Part shown: positions 39,233-51,315 of the stretch, one piece after another
How positions within the stretch are numbered: position 1 is the first letter of the stretch
How the letters are laid out: each line of letters begins with the position of its first letter
Assembly: GCA_026026165.1 (NCBI GenBank)
Contig: JAPEUD010000052.1
Span: forward strand, 124,001 to 181,596
DNA from: Sarea resinae
Taxonomy: Eukaryota
Direction: 5' to 3'
Length of the DNA stretch: 57,596 nucleotides
Program-made: the position numbers and the translations under genes
The notes under the pieces: generated by a model
What the model was told of the DNA's origin: nothing
Databases searched by the model: none
What the model saw: the letters and a program-made list of their open reading frames with translations, nothing else

Positions 39233-42200
39233 ATGCCAGCAAGGACCATGGATCTCAACCAAGACGCAGAGATGCACGACGCATTTGTAGACCTTACAAC
39301 GACGATCAATCCCTCAGTCCTGACCGCCGGATTGAACGCGCAAGCCGATTCGCTTCTTGCCATGTCTGACGCGAAGTCGCCCGTTGCAGAGTTGGTTAAT
39401 CAGCCTACGACGATGGAGGAAACGGTTATGCGGGATCTCTCGGCCAGCAATCACTCGGCTGATGGCTCGGACCAAGATGCCGGTGACAGCCTTGCTGAGA
39501 AAACAGGTGCAAATCTTCAGCCGCAGGCTCTCAGATTCTTGCCTACGGGGCTGTGTTACGACGTCCGAATGCGTTTTCATTGCGAACTTCGGCCAGAGTA
39601 TGATGTCCATCCAGAGGACCCTCGTCGCATTTGGGTCATTTACGACGAGCTCTGCCAGGCAGGCTTGGTTCATGACTCCCATCTACCGCGTTCCCGAGTA
39701 GGATCTCAGAATGTCCAGGTGAACCAACTGGTCAGCATACCATCACGGCAAGCCGAGATCGCGGAGATCTGTTTGGTCCATACTACCGCACATTACGAAT
39801 TTGTTGAGGGAACTCAACGTATGCTTTAGAATCTTTGTTTTGAGGTTTGCGCTGATTTGACCCAGGTATGTCTGAGGATGATCTTGTCGAGTTAGAGAGG
39901 TCCAAAGATTCGATCTACTTCAACAATCTTTCCTACCTCTCCGCACTCCTGTCAGCCGGCGGAGCGATTGAGACATGCAGAGCTGTGGTCCTCGGACAGG
40001 TGAAGAATGCTATTGCCGTCATTAGGCCACCTGGTCATCATGCGGAGGCGGAAAAGACGATGGGGTTCTGTTTATTCAACAACGTCTCCGTTGCTACGAG
40101 AGTTTGCCAAGCTGATTTTCCCGAGAAATGTCGAAAGGTTCTTATATTGGACTGGTAAGTAGGGGACATTCTTGTTGGCTGATACGGGCTAATTTTCCTA
40201 GGGATGTGCACCATGGTAATAGAATGGCCCTCTCTTATGGAATGATTGACTGACAACTTCAGGAAATGGAACTCAGGAAGCCTTCTACAGAGACCCAAAT
40301 GTGCTCTACATCTCCCTCCATGTCCACAAGGACGGTCTCTTCTATCCGAACGGAGATTACGGCGACCATCTACACTGTGGAGAGGATGTGGGCTTGGGAC
40401 GGTGAGTGACTAGAGTCGTGCTTATCATCAAATATTAATAAAGATTCAGGAACGTGAACATACCTTGGCCTAGTCAGGGAATGGGTGATGGCGATTATCT
40501 GTTCGCTTTCCAGAAGGTCGTCATGCCAATCGCGTATGAATTTGATCCAGATCTTGTCATCAGTAAGAACTTTGTGGCCAGCTTGAGGGATAATTCTGAA
40601 CGGTGGGAAACTTAGTATCTGCTGGATTCGATGCTGCTGCAGGAGATGAACTCGGTGGCTGCTTCGTGACGCCACACTGCTACGCGAATATGACCCATAT
40701 GCTCATGGCTTTAGCCAAAGGGAAAGTGGCAGTCTGCCTTGAGGTGAGCAGGTTCTTTGATTGTTTTCAAGCATGCCACTAATCTTGCCAGGGCGGATAC
40801 AATCTTCACTCGATCTCCAAGTCGGCACTTGCTGTCACTCGTACGCTTATGGGAGAGCCACCTGATAGGTTGGGAGGAGAGATCGCGACAAAGCTTGGAA
40901 TCGACACGGTGAACAAGGTCGCAAGGACTCAAGCCAAGTACTGGCGCTGCATGTCGTCGGCGGATGTCGATATAGGTAGAGCCAAGCTATTGTCCTTTAT
41001 GACCATTTGCTCACTGTCGCAGACAAGAAGAATAAGCTGGGCGGAGAACGGATGCATGGTAAGATTTTGAACGTCAACAGAGGAACATGAGCTGAAAGAT
41101 ACCGCATTAGACATCGTCAGAGCTTATCAGAGCAAATACCTTTACGATAACTTCAAGATGATCAACCTGTACATCCTTCGCGACAGAATTTCAAAGTCCT
41201 TTGAAGAACAGGTCTTGGCTACGTAGGTTGATCAATCGCACGAATGGACTCTGGCTGACAACGGCAAAAGGAGAAACTATCAAAAAGCGCAGCCGCTCAT
41301 CGTCATCTTCCACGATCCGTAAGTCTCTCGCCATGGTAGTCTACCGGTAAATGATGGCTGATCGCTCGCCCAGGCCCGAAATGCTCGACGCTCCTAATCC
41401 CAGAACAAACAAGCTGGAGCTTCACAATACGTGGCTGGTAAGTGAATCCCGCAGGCCAGGGTCGAGATCTGCTGACTTGGCAAGACTGATATGGTAAAGA
41501 GCTATATCAAATGGGCCGTCAAGCAAGGATTTGCTGTCATTGACGTCAACATTCCGAAGCATCTGACCGATATCGAGGTTTGTGCTACGAGACTCGAGAT
41601 TCGAATTGGATAGCCCGTCCTCTGAATACGCCGAGAATCCCCTGCTAATCGTTGCGTTTTACTAGGACGATGACGGTTATATGGAAGAAGACCGTATCAA
41701 GAAAATTAGCGAGACGGAGGAGTTGGCAACTTATCTGTGGGAGAACTACATCGAGTCAGTGCCACCTATATCCTGCTTCCTCATTTATTCTTTGACGAAG
41801 CTGACATCAATCCTCTTTCAACAATATAGGATCTCCGACGCTACCGATATCTTCTTCTTCGGCGTGGGAGAGGCACATTATGGCCTATTGCATTTGCTAA
41901 CCCATCACGGTATATGCTCACATAGCGATTCCATTCATCAAACCTCCATCTTAATATGCAACATATACAGAGGGTCTCTTATGTTACTCCAGCTGACTCG
42001 TTTGTTCTGTATAGAAGATGCTTTCCGGCGTATCAGCGGCGTCGTGAACTTTGTTGCCCACAACGATCTTCGCCCAGTTGTATCCCAACTTCTCGACTCT
42101 CTCTCGGGTTGGTATTACAGCGTATGTTATCCCTTTCTTTCCTCGCCTTGCCCTACTCTACGCAACTTTCTATCCGCTTTCCAGCATCATTTGTCCATCT

Positions 42201-42622
42201 GTCTGCCACCAACACCACCCTCGCCCCCCAATTACCCGGCGTCCCCCCCCGAAAAGCTCTCTACTAACATCTCCACTACACAGCACTCCCTCATCTTCGT
42301 CGCCTCAACCCATGACGTCTGGGCGCCAGAACGTCGCAAGCCCAAGAAGCGCTTCGGGCACCTGGTCAAGTCGGACAAGAGCAGCGTCAATGAGATGCTA
42401 GCGGCGCACCAGAAAGAGGTCGAGGCCTGGGTGCTGGATCGCATCACGGTCAGCGAGTCGGAATCGGACGCTAGTGGCTACGGCGCCGGGGACAAGGGCA
42501 ACGGTAACGGCAATGGCAATGGCAACGGTAATGGCCGCAAGAGGAAGACCATGGCTATGAACGCTGCTGCTGCGACGCCCGTCAATGTGGTAGGATTGGG
42601 CGAGAGGGGGAGGCAGCATTGA
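39233..42622 (+). CDS. HDA1: Class II histone deacetylase Hda1/Clr3 with C-terminal Arb2-like domain
   Basis: Motifs [55 protein letters not shown] and LEGGYNL. Fifteen introns traced between 39819 and 42283. Start is 39233 or 39248. Confidence 0.95.
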
Positions 42623-44141
42623 TTTTGCTTTCCGTGGTCGAGGCTCACTCACCTTCTTCCGGTGTCGTATCGTCATGTCTGCTGGACCCATGATGCCGCG
42701 GGTACTGGGTTAGTGCTGTCTCTGCGATACGAGAGAGAGAGCTAGAGTAATACCCAGACAGCTAGTGAGACAGAGGCAGCCGTCGGGCCTGCTAATTCCT
42801 CTTGTATCGCTTCGGTTTGGTTTCCTTAGATAGTGTCGGTATTTCATTCCAATTCATTTCATTCCAACTCAATGCCATTCGGTTTCAGCTCGGGTTCGTC
42901 GCTTGCTCGAGTACACTGAGTGATCAATCAATCACCTGTACTGATTGACAAATCAATCAATCAAATAGCCAAACTACTGATCGATCAATTGACCGCATGG
43001 CCGACCGAATGGCTGACTGACTGACTGACCGAGGCTCTGACTATTCTATCTAAGGTAGTAGGTGATACACTCACTATCTAGGTTGTCTGTTTATTTATCG
43101 GTCAATCGATGTGATAGATTACAGGTCTAGCTATTCGTTTCCTATCCTGCGTTCTCTTACTCTAGAATATATTCTAAATCTATCTGTCTGTGATAGCTCT
43201 TTGTATTCTATTGTATCTATCTCTTTTTCTCTTTCTCTTTGTAATTAATCTAGCTAGTTATTCTATCTTATTCTATCTATTCTATTCTATTTCTACTCTA
43301 CCTTGTATATTCTTGTTCTACTTTATCTTACTCTATTTCGATCTAGCTCTATTCTATCTAATCCTACTCTACTGAAAAATGCTCTAATCTATAATACTCT
43401 TCTTTTCTCTACTCTACTCTATATCTCTTCTCTTCTATTCTCTCTTATCTAGCCTTATTCTATCCTACTTAACCCTACTCTATAAAATCTCTCTCTCTCT
43501 CTTCTATCTCTCTTCTATTCTCTTCTACTCTACTTTCCTCTCCTCTACTCTCTACTCTCTACTACCTCTCCTTTACTCTATCTACTTTCTCTACTACTCT
43601 CCTCTTTTCTCCTCTATCCTTTCCTCTCTTTTCTCCTCTCTTCTTTCTCTCTCTTTTATACTTCTCCTTTCTCCTTTCTCCTTTCTCTCTTTCCTCTCTC
43701 TATTAACTCTTCTTTCTTCTAGCTCTTTTTTCTTTCCTCTGCACTTAGGAATTCTACTTTGTAACTTTTACTAGATTTTCTAGTTAGCTTTCTAATAGAT
43801 TTTCTACTAGGCTTTCTACTAGACTTCCAAGAGGGAAAGATAAGAAGGAGAAGGGAAAAGGAAACAGAGAGGGAAGAGGAAGAGGAAGAGGAAGGAGGAA
43901 GAGAAGTAGGGAAGAGATTAGAGAGAGGGGTTAGGTCCTACCAGGATAAAAGGCGGTAGAGAGACAGACAGACAGGTAGTATAGATAGATATAAAAAATA
44001 GATAAGAATAGCTACCGCTTCTACCGCTTCTACCCTCCTTACAAGCACCCCCTCTCTCCATCTATCAAGCACCACCACCACCAAATCTCAATAACCCCCC
44101 CAACCTCCATCTCCCCGCCACGCCCACCAAAAGCATAAACA
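42623..44141. repeat. Large low-complexity island with a TpA-rich core and polypyrimidine/polypurine tracts between convergent HDA1 and F-box-like genes
   Basis: ATCA/CTGA runs, then TATTC/TCTAC-type degenerate repeats (~43100-43480), a pyrimidine tract (~43480-43740) and a purine tract (~43830-43930). Confidence 0.85.
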
Positions 44142-45311
44142 CTACCCCACCACGCCCCCACCACCAACACCACCGACATCCCCAAACCCTTCCTCGGCAT
44201 CGGCGTCGGCTTCGAACCCCCTGCTCTCGAGCACAAGCCCCAGCGTCTCCGAGAGCGTCTCACCGTTATTCTCGAACCAGTCTCCGCCGCCCCACCCTGT
44301 CTCGCCGTAGGGATCATCCTCATAGGTCGTGGTCGTGGTCGTGGTCGTCATCGTCGCCACCGTCCCCGCCGCAACAGCGCCCACAAACGCCTCCACCTGC
44401 GCCTTGCACGTCGCGTGGTCCTTCAGCCACAGGATCTGCGATGGGTCCAGCTTCAACATGTCCTCGACGACGTAGTAATGCGGGATCTCGTCGCCCCAGC
44501 CCTCGGAGCCCGGGTCGTGCGTGCGGCTGGGCGCGTACTTGTTGTAGATGGCTTTGTTGGCCCGTTGAGAGGTGTAGAATGCGCTTTGGGACGATGATGA
44601 CGACGACGACGACGAAGACGGCGGCGGCGGCGGATACGTAACGTGGATCTGGAAATTGAAGAATAGATGCTGATGTGGGTCCGCGTCGGGACAGCGCTTC
44701 CGAAACTTCCGCGCCACGGTGCCATTGCTGGGGCAGATGCTATTGGCGACGACGTCCCGGAGCACGCGGCGCACGTCGTCGATCTCGGCCAGCTCGGCGC
44801 TGGACCAGTTCTGCAGCAGGGCGGCGCGCTCGCGGACCACGGCGCCGAGACCGCGCGTCTCACGCGGATGGGCCCGGTTGTGGAACGCGCGCGTGTAGAG
44901 CCAGAGCCGGTACAGCGCCCGCCGCAGCACGTAGCGTTCGTGCGCGGAGAGCAGCCGGCGCGAGCACGAGGCCGCGCCGCGCCATTTCTTGAACGGGTAG
45001 ATGTCTTCCCAGCGGTTCGCCACGCGCCCGACGGCTAGCAGTTGCTGGATCAGCGAGAGCGACACCGGCACCTGTGCGGCGTGCGGGAGGTGCGCCGCTT
45101 GCGACGAGTTGTGCGTGACGAGTTGGATGGCGTCGTCGAGGGGCCCGAATTGCGTCTCTGCCGCTTGCACGAGGATCGGGAGACGTTGGGTGCTGTGCAG
45201 AGCGGAGTAGTAGCGGTGCGAGGTTTGGGCCAGGTGGACCACGTCCGGGATGGAGGGGAGGGAGAGGAAGATTTGGTGGATGAGTTCGGGGGCGAGCGCG
45301 TCCATGTGCAT
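44142..45311 (-). CDS. F-box-like domain protein (conserved fungal hypothetical)
   Basis: N-terminal MDALAPELIHQIFLSLPSIPDVVHLAQTSHRYY resembles an F-box. Conserved-looking blocks ERYVLRRALYRLWLYTRAFH and GWGDEIPHYYVVEDMLKLDP. Intronless with strong GC3 bias. Confidence 0.75.
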   Translation of the reverse strand: MHMDALAPELIHQIFLSLPSIPDVVHLAQTSHRYYSALHSTQRLPILVQAAETQFGPLDDAIQLVTHNSSQAAHLPHAAQVPVSLSLIQQLLAVGRVANRWEDIYPFKKWRGAASCSRRLLSAHERYVLRRALYRLWLYTRAFHNRAHPRETRGLGAVVRERAALLQNWSSAELAEIDDVRRVLRDVVANSICPSNGTVARKFRKRCPDADPHQHLFFNFQIHVTYPPPPPSSSSSSSSSSQSAFYTSQRANKAIYNKYAPSRTHDPGSEGWGDEIPHYYVVEDMLKLDPSQILWLKDHATCKAQVEAFVGAVAAGTVATMTTTTTTTTYEDDPYGETGWGGGDWFENNGETLSETLGLVLESRGFEADADAEEGFGDVGGVGGGGVVG

Positions 45312-46015
45312 TTTGAAGGGGTCTATTTCGAGTATTTGATGCTAATCTGCTTTTGCGGCTCCTTCACGTCCCAGTAGGCGGATTGGTCGTTTTAGGTTTC
45401 TAGATCTTTTTCTAGGTTGTTTTCTTCGTCTTCTGCTCCTTCGTCTTCGTCTTCTCCCGCAATACTAGGAATGATGTGTAGAAAATAAAACCGACAATGA
45501 TAGAGACTCAAACGCGACAAGCCTCGAAAAGATGCCTGGCGTTCAATGCCGCAAGGTATCACTGCCGAAAGAGAAACGAAATGAATCAACTCTGTTCGAC
45601 CCCTCCGTTGGGGCTATATATTTTATGAGAAGATGCAGTTGTGTTTTGCGTGGCCCATGCCAGCAGCAGCAGCAGCTCCGAAGAGCTGCGCGTCTTTCGT
45701 TGCAACATTCTGATGGTGATGATGCTCGAAAGGGGAGATGGATGAGTCGAGAGCTGGCAGGGGGCGAATGAGTATGTAGTAGATGTTGATGTTGCTCTGG
45801 AGAACAACACCGGGTTACCCTGCTACACCGACATGTATCGGCCATCTGCTCACAATTAGTGTAGGCCATTTGCTCTTGTCACACCAGCTGGACTGTCAAC
45901 AGCTCTAGGTCTTCGATATTTATGTTCGATAGGGGGTGACGGGGAAGCAATTGACTTCATCAACCTCACAGACAATACAGTTGGAGCCCACAATAGAACA
46001 TTTACACTCATAGAC

Positions 46016-46918
46016 ATGGCCATACAGACTGACAAGATGATTCCCCCTCTCCTATCACTACCCCTAGAGCTGCGCGCCCAGATCTACGACTACCTCCTCC
46101 CCCACACCCTACCGCCGCAGCGGCGCTTCCAACAACCGCCCTTCATCGTCTGGCAGCGCGGCACGACCGTCTTCCTGCGTACATGCTCGCAGGTGCACGC
46201 CGAGGCCAGCGAGATGCTCTACGGCACCAACACGTTCGACATCTGGGTAGCCTGGGACCGGGTCGAGTTCCGAAACGCGCGCTCGGTCTACGAGGGGCTG
46301 ACGACACGAAGCTCGATACCCTTCCTCGAGTGGTCCGGGGCCAGCAGCGACGGCGGCAGCAATAGAGGTGCGGGCATAATTTCGGCGCGCAATCAGCGTC
46401 ACATCCGGAGCTACCACGTCGTCATCAACCTCGAGGACAGCTACACCGCGATGGTGAAATATAACAATGGAGGCCTCGGATTCATCGACGGCTTGCGGGA
46501 CCAGGTGGCGCGACTGTGTGAGGTGTTGCGGGGCGCAGAGCAGCTGCTGAGTGTGATGGTTGTCATATGGGACCACAATAGGGACCCTCTGCCTGGACAG
46601 AGGGCATTGGAGCCGTTCAGGACCTTGAGAGGCGTGAGATGCGCCGCCGTAGCCTATCTGCAGAGGCCCGAGCCTCTGCTGGGGCCGGGAACTGTGCCTC
46701 CTCAGGATGTGCTGGTTAAGCTTGCGCGAATTGACGAATTGCGATCTTTGTACGCGCGAGGCTTGAGGGAGGCAATGGAGAGCTTGCCGGGGGAACCTGA
46801 AAAGGCTCAGGCCTATTCTGGGAGACCGGTGGAGCCAAATTCTCTGACTGATCCTCTGCACAGGAAGGATATGATCCCATCTCCATATCGGCAGCCCTTT
46901 CACCCGAGTGTTTTTTGA
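46016..46918 (+). CDS. F-box-like domain protein
   Basis: LLSLPLELRAQIYDYLL followed by FLRTCSQVHAEASEMLYGTNTF, the typical pattern of fungal F-box-like hypothetical proteins. 300 aa, intronless. Confidence 0.75.
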   Translation: MAIQTDKMIPPLLSLPLELRAQIYDYLLPHTLPPQRRFQQPPFIVWQRGTTVFLRTCSQVHAEASEMLYGTNTFDIWVAWDRVEFRNARSVYEGLTTRSSIPFLEWSGASSDGGSNRGAGIISARNQRHIRSYHVVINLEDSYTAMVKYNNGGLGFIDGLRDQVARLCEVLRGAEQLLSVMVVIWDHNRDPLPGQRALEPFRTLRGVRCAAVAYLQRPEPLLGPGTVPPQDVLVKLARIDELRSLYARGLREAMESLPGEPEKAQAYSGRPVEPNSLTDPLHRKDMIPSPYRQPFHPSVF

Positions 46919-47121
46919 TGAGCAACTTTGGCAAACATGAATTACGAAGAAATTCATACTCTGATGGACTGCCTTTACCTTCGTATTTAACATAGAATCT
47001 GATTCCACACATCCCACACCAGAAACGCCACAGCAATGCGCAGCCCTCTTTTCACTCCCCGTCTTTCTCCCTTCATCTCCCCTCGTCTCGCCCAAACCCC
47101 AGCCTGACCTCGAAAAACCAC

Positions 47122-48314
47122 TCATCGAAACAAATCTCCATCATCCAATTCGTCTCTCCTCCCACCATCCCCAGCACCCGTTCTCAATCCCAGCTCTCCT
47201 CTCTTGGCCTTTCTCTCGGTGCCCTGCTCCGCACGCTTATTATATTTACCCGCCTTGGACCTCCTCAGATCCGCGCGGATCTGGTTAGGAGACACAAACT
47301 CCTTGTTCTCGTAGATAACGGGCCCACCGAAACTCGACTCGAGGATGACAATCGGCGTAAGCACAAATCGAGGACCAATCTCAATCAAACTTAATTCCGT
47401 CTCCGCGCTCTTGCCCCCCTTGCTCTTCGCCTTCTCCTTCTTCTTCGGCGTATCGGCATCGCCCATCTCGGTATCCTCCGCACCCTCAAGTTTCTTGGCA
47501 CCGGGTTCCGTTTCGTTGACCTGATAGCACCTTATCCAGATCTTCCCGTCCGCGATCGTGAAACCCATGACGTGATCGACGAAAGGCTTGGATTTGCGGG
47601 CACCCTTAGGGACGCCGAAGATGTGCGAGAGCAGCTCCTTGATGACTCGGAGGTGGGGTGCACCGTCGAAGTGGGCGTCAAAAGAGAGGATCGGCCGGGA
47701 GCCCTTGAGACAGTTGCCGGGGAAGTGAAGTTCTTCCATGGTGTGCACTGTACGCCCATTGCATTAGCCCCACATATGCACTTACGGATAGATCAAAGAC
47801 CAAACGGGGCGAGGGGAACGTGGGACATACAATTCTGCAGATGGCACTTCACCGTTGGTCCATTCGGCGCCTTACTCATCCAGAGATACAGATCCTGATT
47901 CTTCCTCGCCTCGAAGAAGAACACATTGTTGCAGTTATAGAGCTCGGCCAGCTCATTCAGCTGGTAGAGTTTCGTTTTCGTGTCGAGTTTGGCGTCTTTG
48001 CGGCTGTGGGGGAGGAGGCTGTAGAGGTCGTTGAGGAGGTGTCTATGTCTGTGTTTTGAAGACCGAAGTCAGTACGCACTCATTCTCGTAGGATGCTGGT
48101 AGACTCTCGAAAGTGCAAATGCAATGTGAGGCCGGGAGCATCGTTTGTAAATGGGGGATCGTGGATGAGCATACCGATATGTTACACCGCGCGAGCTGAG
48201 GATGAGCACTCGTTGCTTATTGTGCTTGAGGCTCTTGGAGTTCCCCGTCTCTTCCTGATCGCTGTCATCATCTTTGCGATTGGCCTTAGAAAGGCTCTTG
48301 TAGACGGCCGCCAT
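47122..48314 (-). CDS. BRX1: Ribosome biogenesis protein Brx1 (Brix domain)
   Basis: Motifs MAAVYKSLSK, QRVLILSSRGVTYR, LHTMEELHFPGNCLKGSRPILSFD and LIEIGPRFVLTP. Introns 48174-48049 and 47830-47748. Confidence 0.95.
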
Positions 48315-48748
48315 TGTTGGTGAAGCTGTCGATTTTTCTATTTTCCTCGAGATTCACAACTGAAGCTCTGAAACTTTTCTAACGTTTATCTTTCGCACCT
48401 TGGTACTCTGCTACTCTAGTGGATGCCGGTTTTCGCTTAGATTGCCGCATCTGTCGATTCGCGCTGTACAGATACTACCATAGTACTATGATGTACTGTG
48501 CAAACACCAAATGTTCAATGTTCAATTGCGCTCATTGATCACGATCACCATGTTACCAATTACTGACTTTGTATTGCTCATAACTGGATTAACGAAACAT
48601 CCAAAGATCGCGAGTCATATCCATATCGTTACTGAGTCTTATCAAACGCCTGTCGTTGGCATAACACGTAGTTGAGCCGCGCATTTCGTATCAGATCCGA
48701 CGCCATGCAGTAAACAATCAATCCGTCCCCAAATCCTTCGTGGACTAT

Positions 48749-50328
48749 CTAATGCCACCCCGGCGCTGTGGGGGAAACATAGCCATTGTACCGCCCATCT
48801 TGCTGGCCCCAAGGACTTTGCTGCTGCGGCGATTGGCCGTAGCCTTGACCGCCAGACTGTCCGGGATATGTACCCTGGGGCGGAGGAGGATACTGACCCG
48901 GCCCACCTGCCTGATTACCGGGGTGCGAGCTCATCGGAGGCGGAGGAGCGTATGAATCATAGCTGTTTTGGGGATGCGAGGGTGAATATGCGTGGCCACT
49001 GGCCTGCCCGTACGGCTGACTCTGTTCTTGTGGCCTGGATGGTGGCGGAGGATAGTGAGTCTGCGCCCCATACGCCTGGCTCTGGCCGGGTGGTGGCGGA
49101 TACTGGGTTTGCTGGCCGTACTGATCTTGAAAGCCACCCTGGGACTGCTGGCTGTAAGCTCCTTGGGGATTCGCATAGGGGTTGTTTGAATAGTTTGGCC
49201 GTTGCTCGCCGTACTGAGCAGACGATGGTGAGTAAGGTGCCCCGCTACCATAGCCAGATTGCGAGGAGCTGATATTGTGTTGTCCATTGTGGTATGGATT
49301 GTTAGATTGGGTATATTGACTCGGGGTTCCGGAAGCGCCTTGTTGGCCTGGAGGCTGATACTGTGCTGGGGGAGCTTGTCCAGTGTAGCCACTCCCAGCG
49401 CTCTGTCCACCTGAGCTATAGCCGAAGTTTGCTTGCTGTTGCTGTTGCTGCTGAATGAGAGCTCGTCAGTATTTCACAACGATAATGTAGGCCGATCATA
49501 CCGATCCGTGGCCCCCAAGAAAGCCGCTCGCAAGTCCCATGAAGCCGCCTGAATGTTGACCGCTTGACTGACTACCGTAACCACCATTCTGCTGCCCTTG
49601 CTGTCCTTGCGTCCCTTGTTGCCCTTGTTGCCCTTGTGGCTTATTGCTATGCAATAGGCTCCCGGCAAGCTGCCCAACTAGCCCACTACCCATGCCGCTA
49701 CTCTGAGGTTGGCCCTGCGCTTGCCCTTGAGATCCATGGCCGCTCAGAAGCGAGCTGGCAAGGCTGCCCAAACCTGATTGATTACTCTGCTTGTTCGAAT
49801 TTCCAAAGAGCATGTTTGTAGCCATATTAGTGGCCATACCCTGCGCAAACCTGTCATTAGCTGACAGTCTCAACGTGCCTCACGCCGGCTGAGAATGAAC
49901 TTACACCCAAGCCACCACCTCTCTCAGCGCCATAGGCATCATCACCTTCTAGTCCTCTGGTAGCTGTTTGCCCGTCTGGCCCGACCGATCTGCTTTGCTC
50001 GGAAGATTGCTGGTACGATGGAGGGGCCTGGTATGGATCTAATTCCTGTTGTGGCGTTGCTTTTGGTGTAGGCACCGTTGGCGCAGGCTCTGTGGGCACA
50101 TCCCACTGCGATACACCGGTGCTTATTTGCACATAGTAATATTTACGAGAGATGCCCTCCCACTGTGCGGTCCTAGAGGGGGGCTTTCTTAGAGACGAGT
50201 AATGCCGGACTTCATCATATGACTTACCAGCCTTCTGGTAGGGGTGGTGGGGCCTCTGACGGCCCTGCTTGGCCAGATGGCGTCGAAGCGCGCTGCTCAT
50301 CTGGCTGAGCTTTCACAGGCTCGGCCAT
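48749..50328 (-). CDS. WW-domain protein with Gly/Gln/Pro/Tyr-rich low-complexity tail (Wwm1-like)
   Basis: WW domain PPLPEGW|TAQWEGISRKYYYVQISTGVSQWDVP. Exons 50328-50228, 50172-49905, 49840-49502 and 49450-48749 keep one reading frame. Confidence 0.85.
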
Positions 50329-51315
50329 CCGAGCGTTCTGGTCGCCAGAAGAAGACTCTGGTAAGAATGAGATCAAGTGATGGGAATCGGGCTCCCAGTA
50401 CGAAGACAGCCAGGAAAGAAAAGGTGAGATATTAGGGGTTTGACAAGAGGAAGAGGCAAGAGGCAACGATGGGAGTGAGGGTCGACGAGAAAAGAAAGTC
50501 GGCAGTGCAGCAGTGCAGCAGTGCAATGCAGTTGCAGGGTCGCGGCTAATGCAGGTTCAGCTAAACAGGTTGGAGACTGGCAAAGGGCCGACGGGCCCAG
50601 GAGTACAGCCAACACGCGCGGGTCAGGAACTTCTGTTCATGGTGATATGTGGCAACTGGCACTACGTAATTACAATCTTACAGGAAAAGGTATCAGCACT
50701 TGAACCTCCCTCATCATGAGCATCCCTTGATGCTCCGGACACGATGATGCGCTTCACGGCTTCACGCTTCGCTGCAGACGTCAGCAAGAACACCATGGAT
50801 CACTACCTCTGTGATGTGTTGCCCCACGCCGACGAGGGGTCTCCGATGGTACCTCTGCTCCAAGTACCGATATGTAGTACTCGGGCTGTATCTCAGTCCT
50901 CCCGATAGCCTCGAGTGCCATCAGATGCATCTCCACACTCAAGCACATAGAGTCAAGCACGAAGCCAAGGTCGACGTTATCACCATCTCATCATAAACCA
51001 TGTACTATGCTATTGTATCCGACCAGCAGAAGCTGAGATGCCGTCTGCATCGATAGGCAAAGTAGACAGATTACTTCGCAACAGGACGCCGTCTCGCCTC
51101 ATGGTCATGTTGATCGCCCAGACCCCTAGCCAGTGTAGCCTTCATGATACCAGTCAACACCCACACCCACACCCACACCCAGTACGACTCCACTTCAAAT
51201 CATGAGAATCTGACAGCATTCTCAAATGTACTCTAATGTAAAACCCGTGTCCAGCGCCTCAGCGAGGACGCTCTCCTCTCTATCGTGTCGTAAGGCATAA
51301 CTGCAACGCATGTGA

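Noticed and set aside
43030..44035. Centromere or intact transposon
   Set aside because: Too short for a regional centromere and flanked by ordinary genes; no terminal repeats, target-site duplication or transposase/RT remnants visible.
46109..47125. 338-aa ORF antisense to the F-box-like gene
   Set aside because: No motifs; the sense ORF has the recognisable family pattern.
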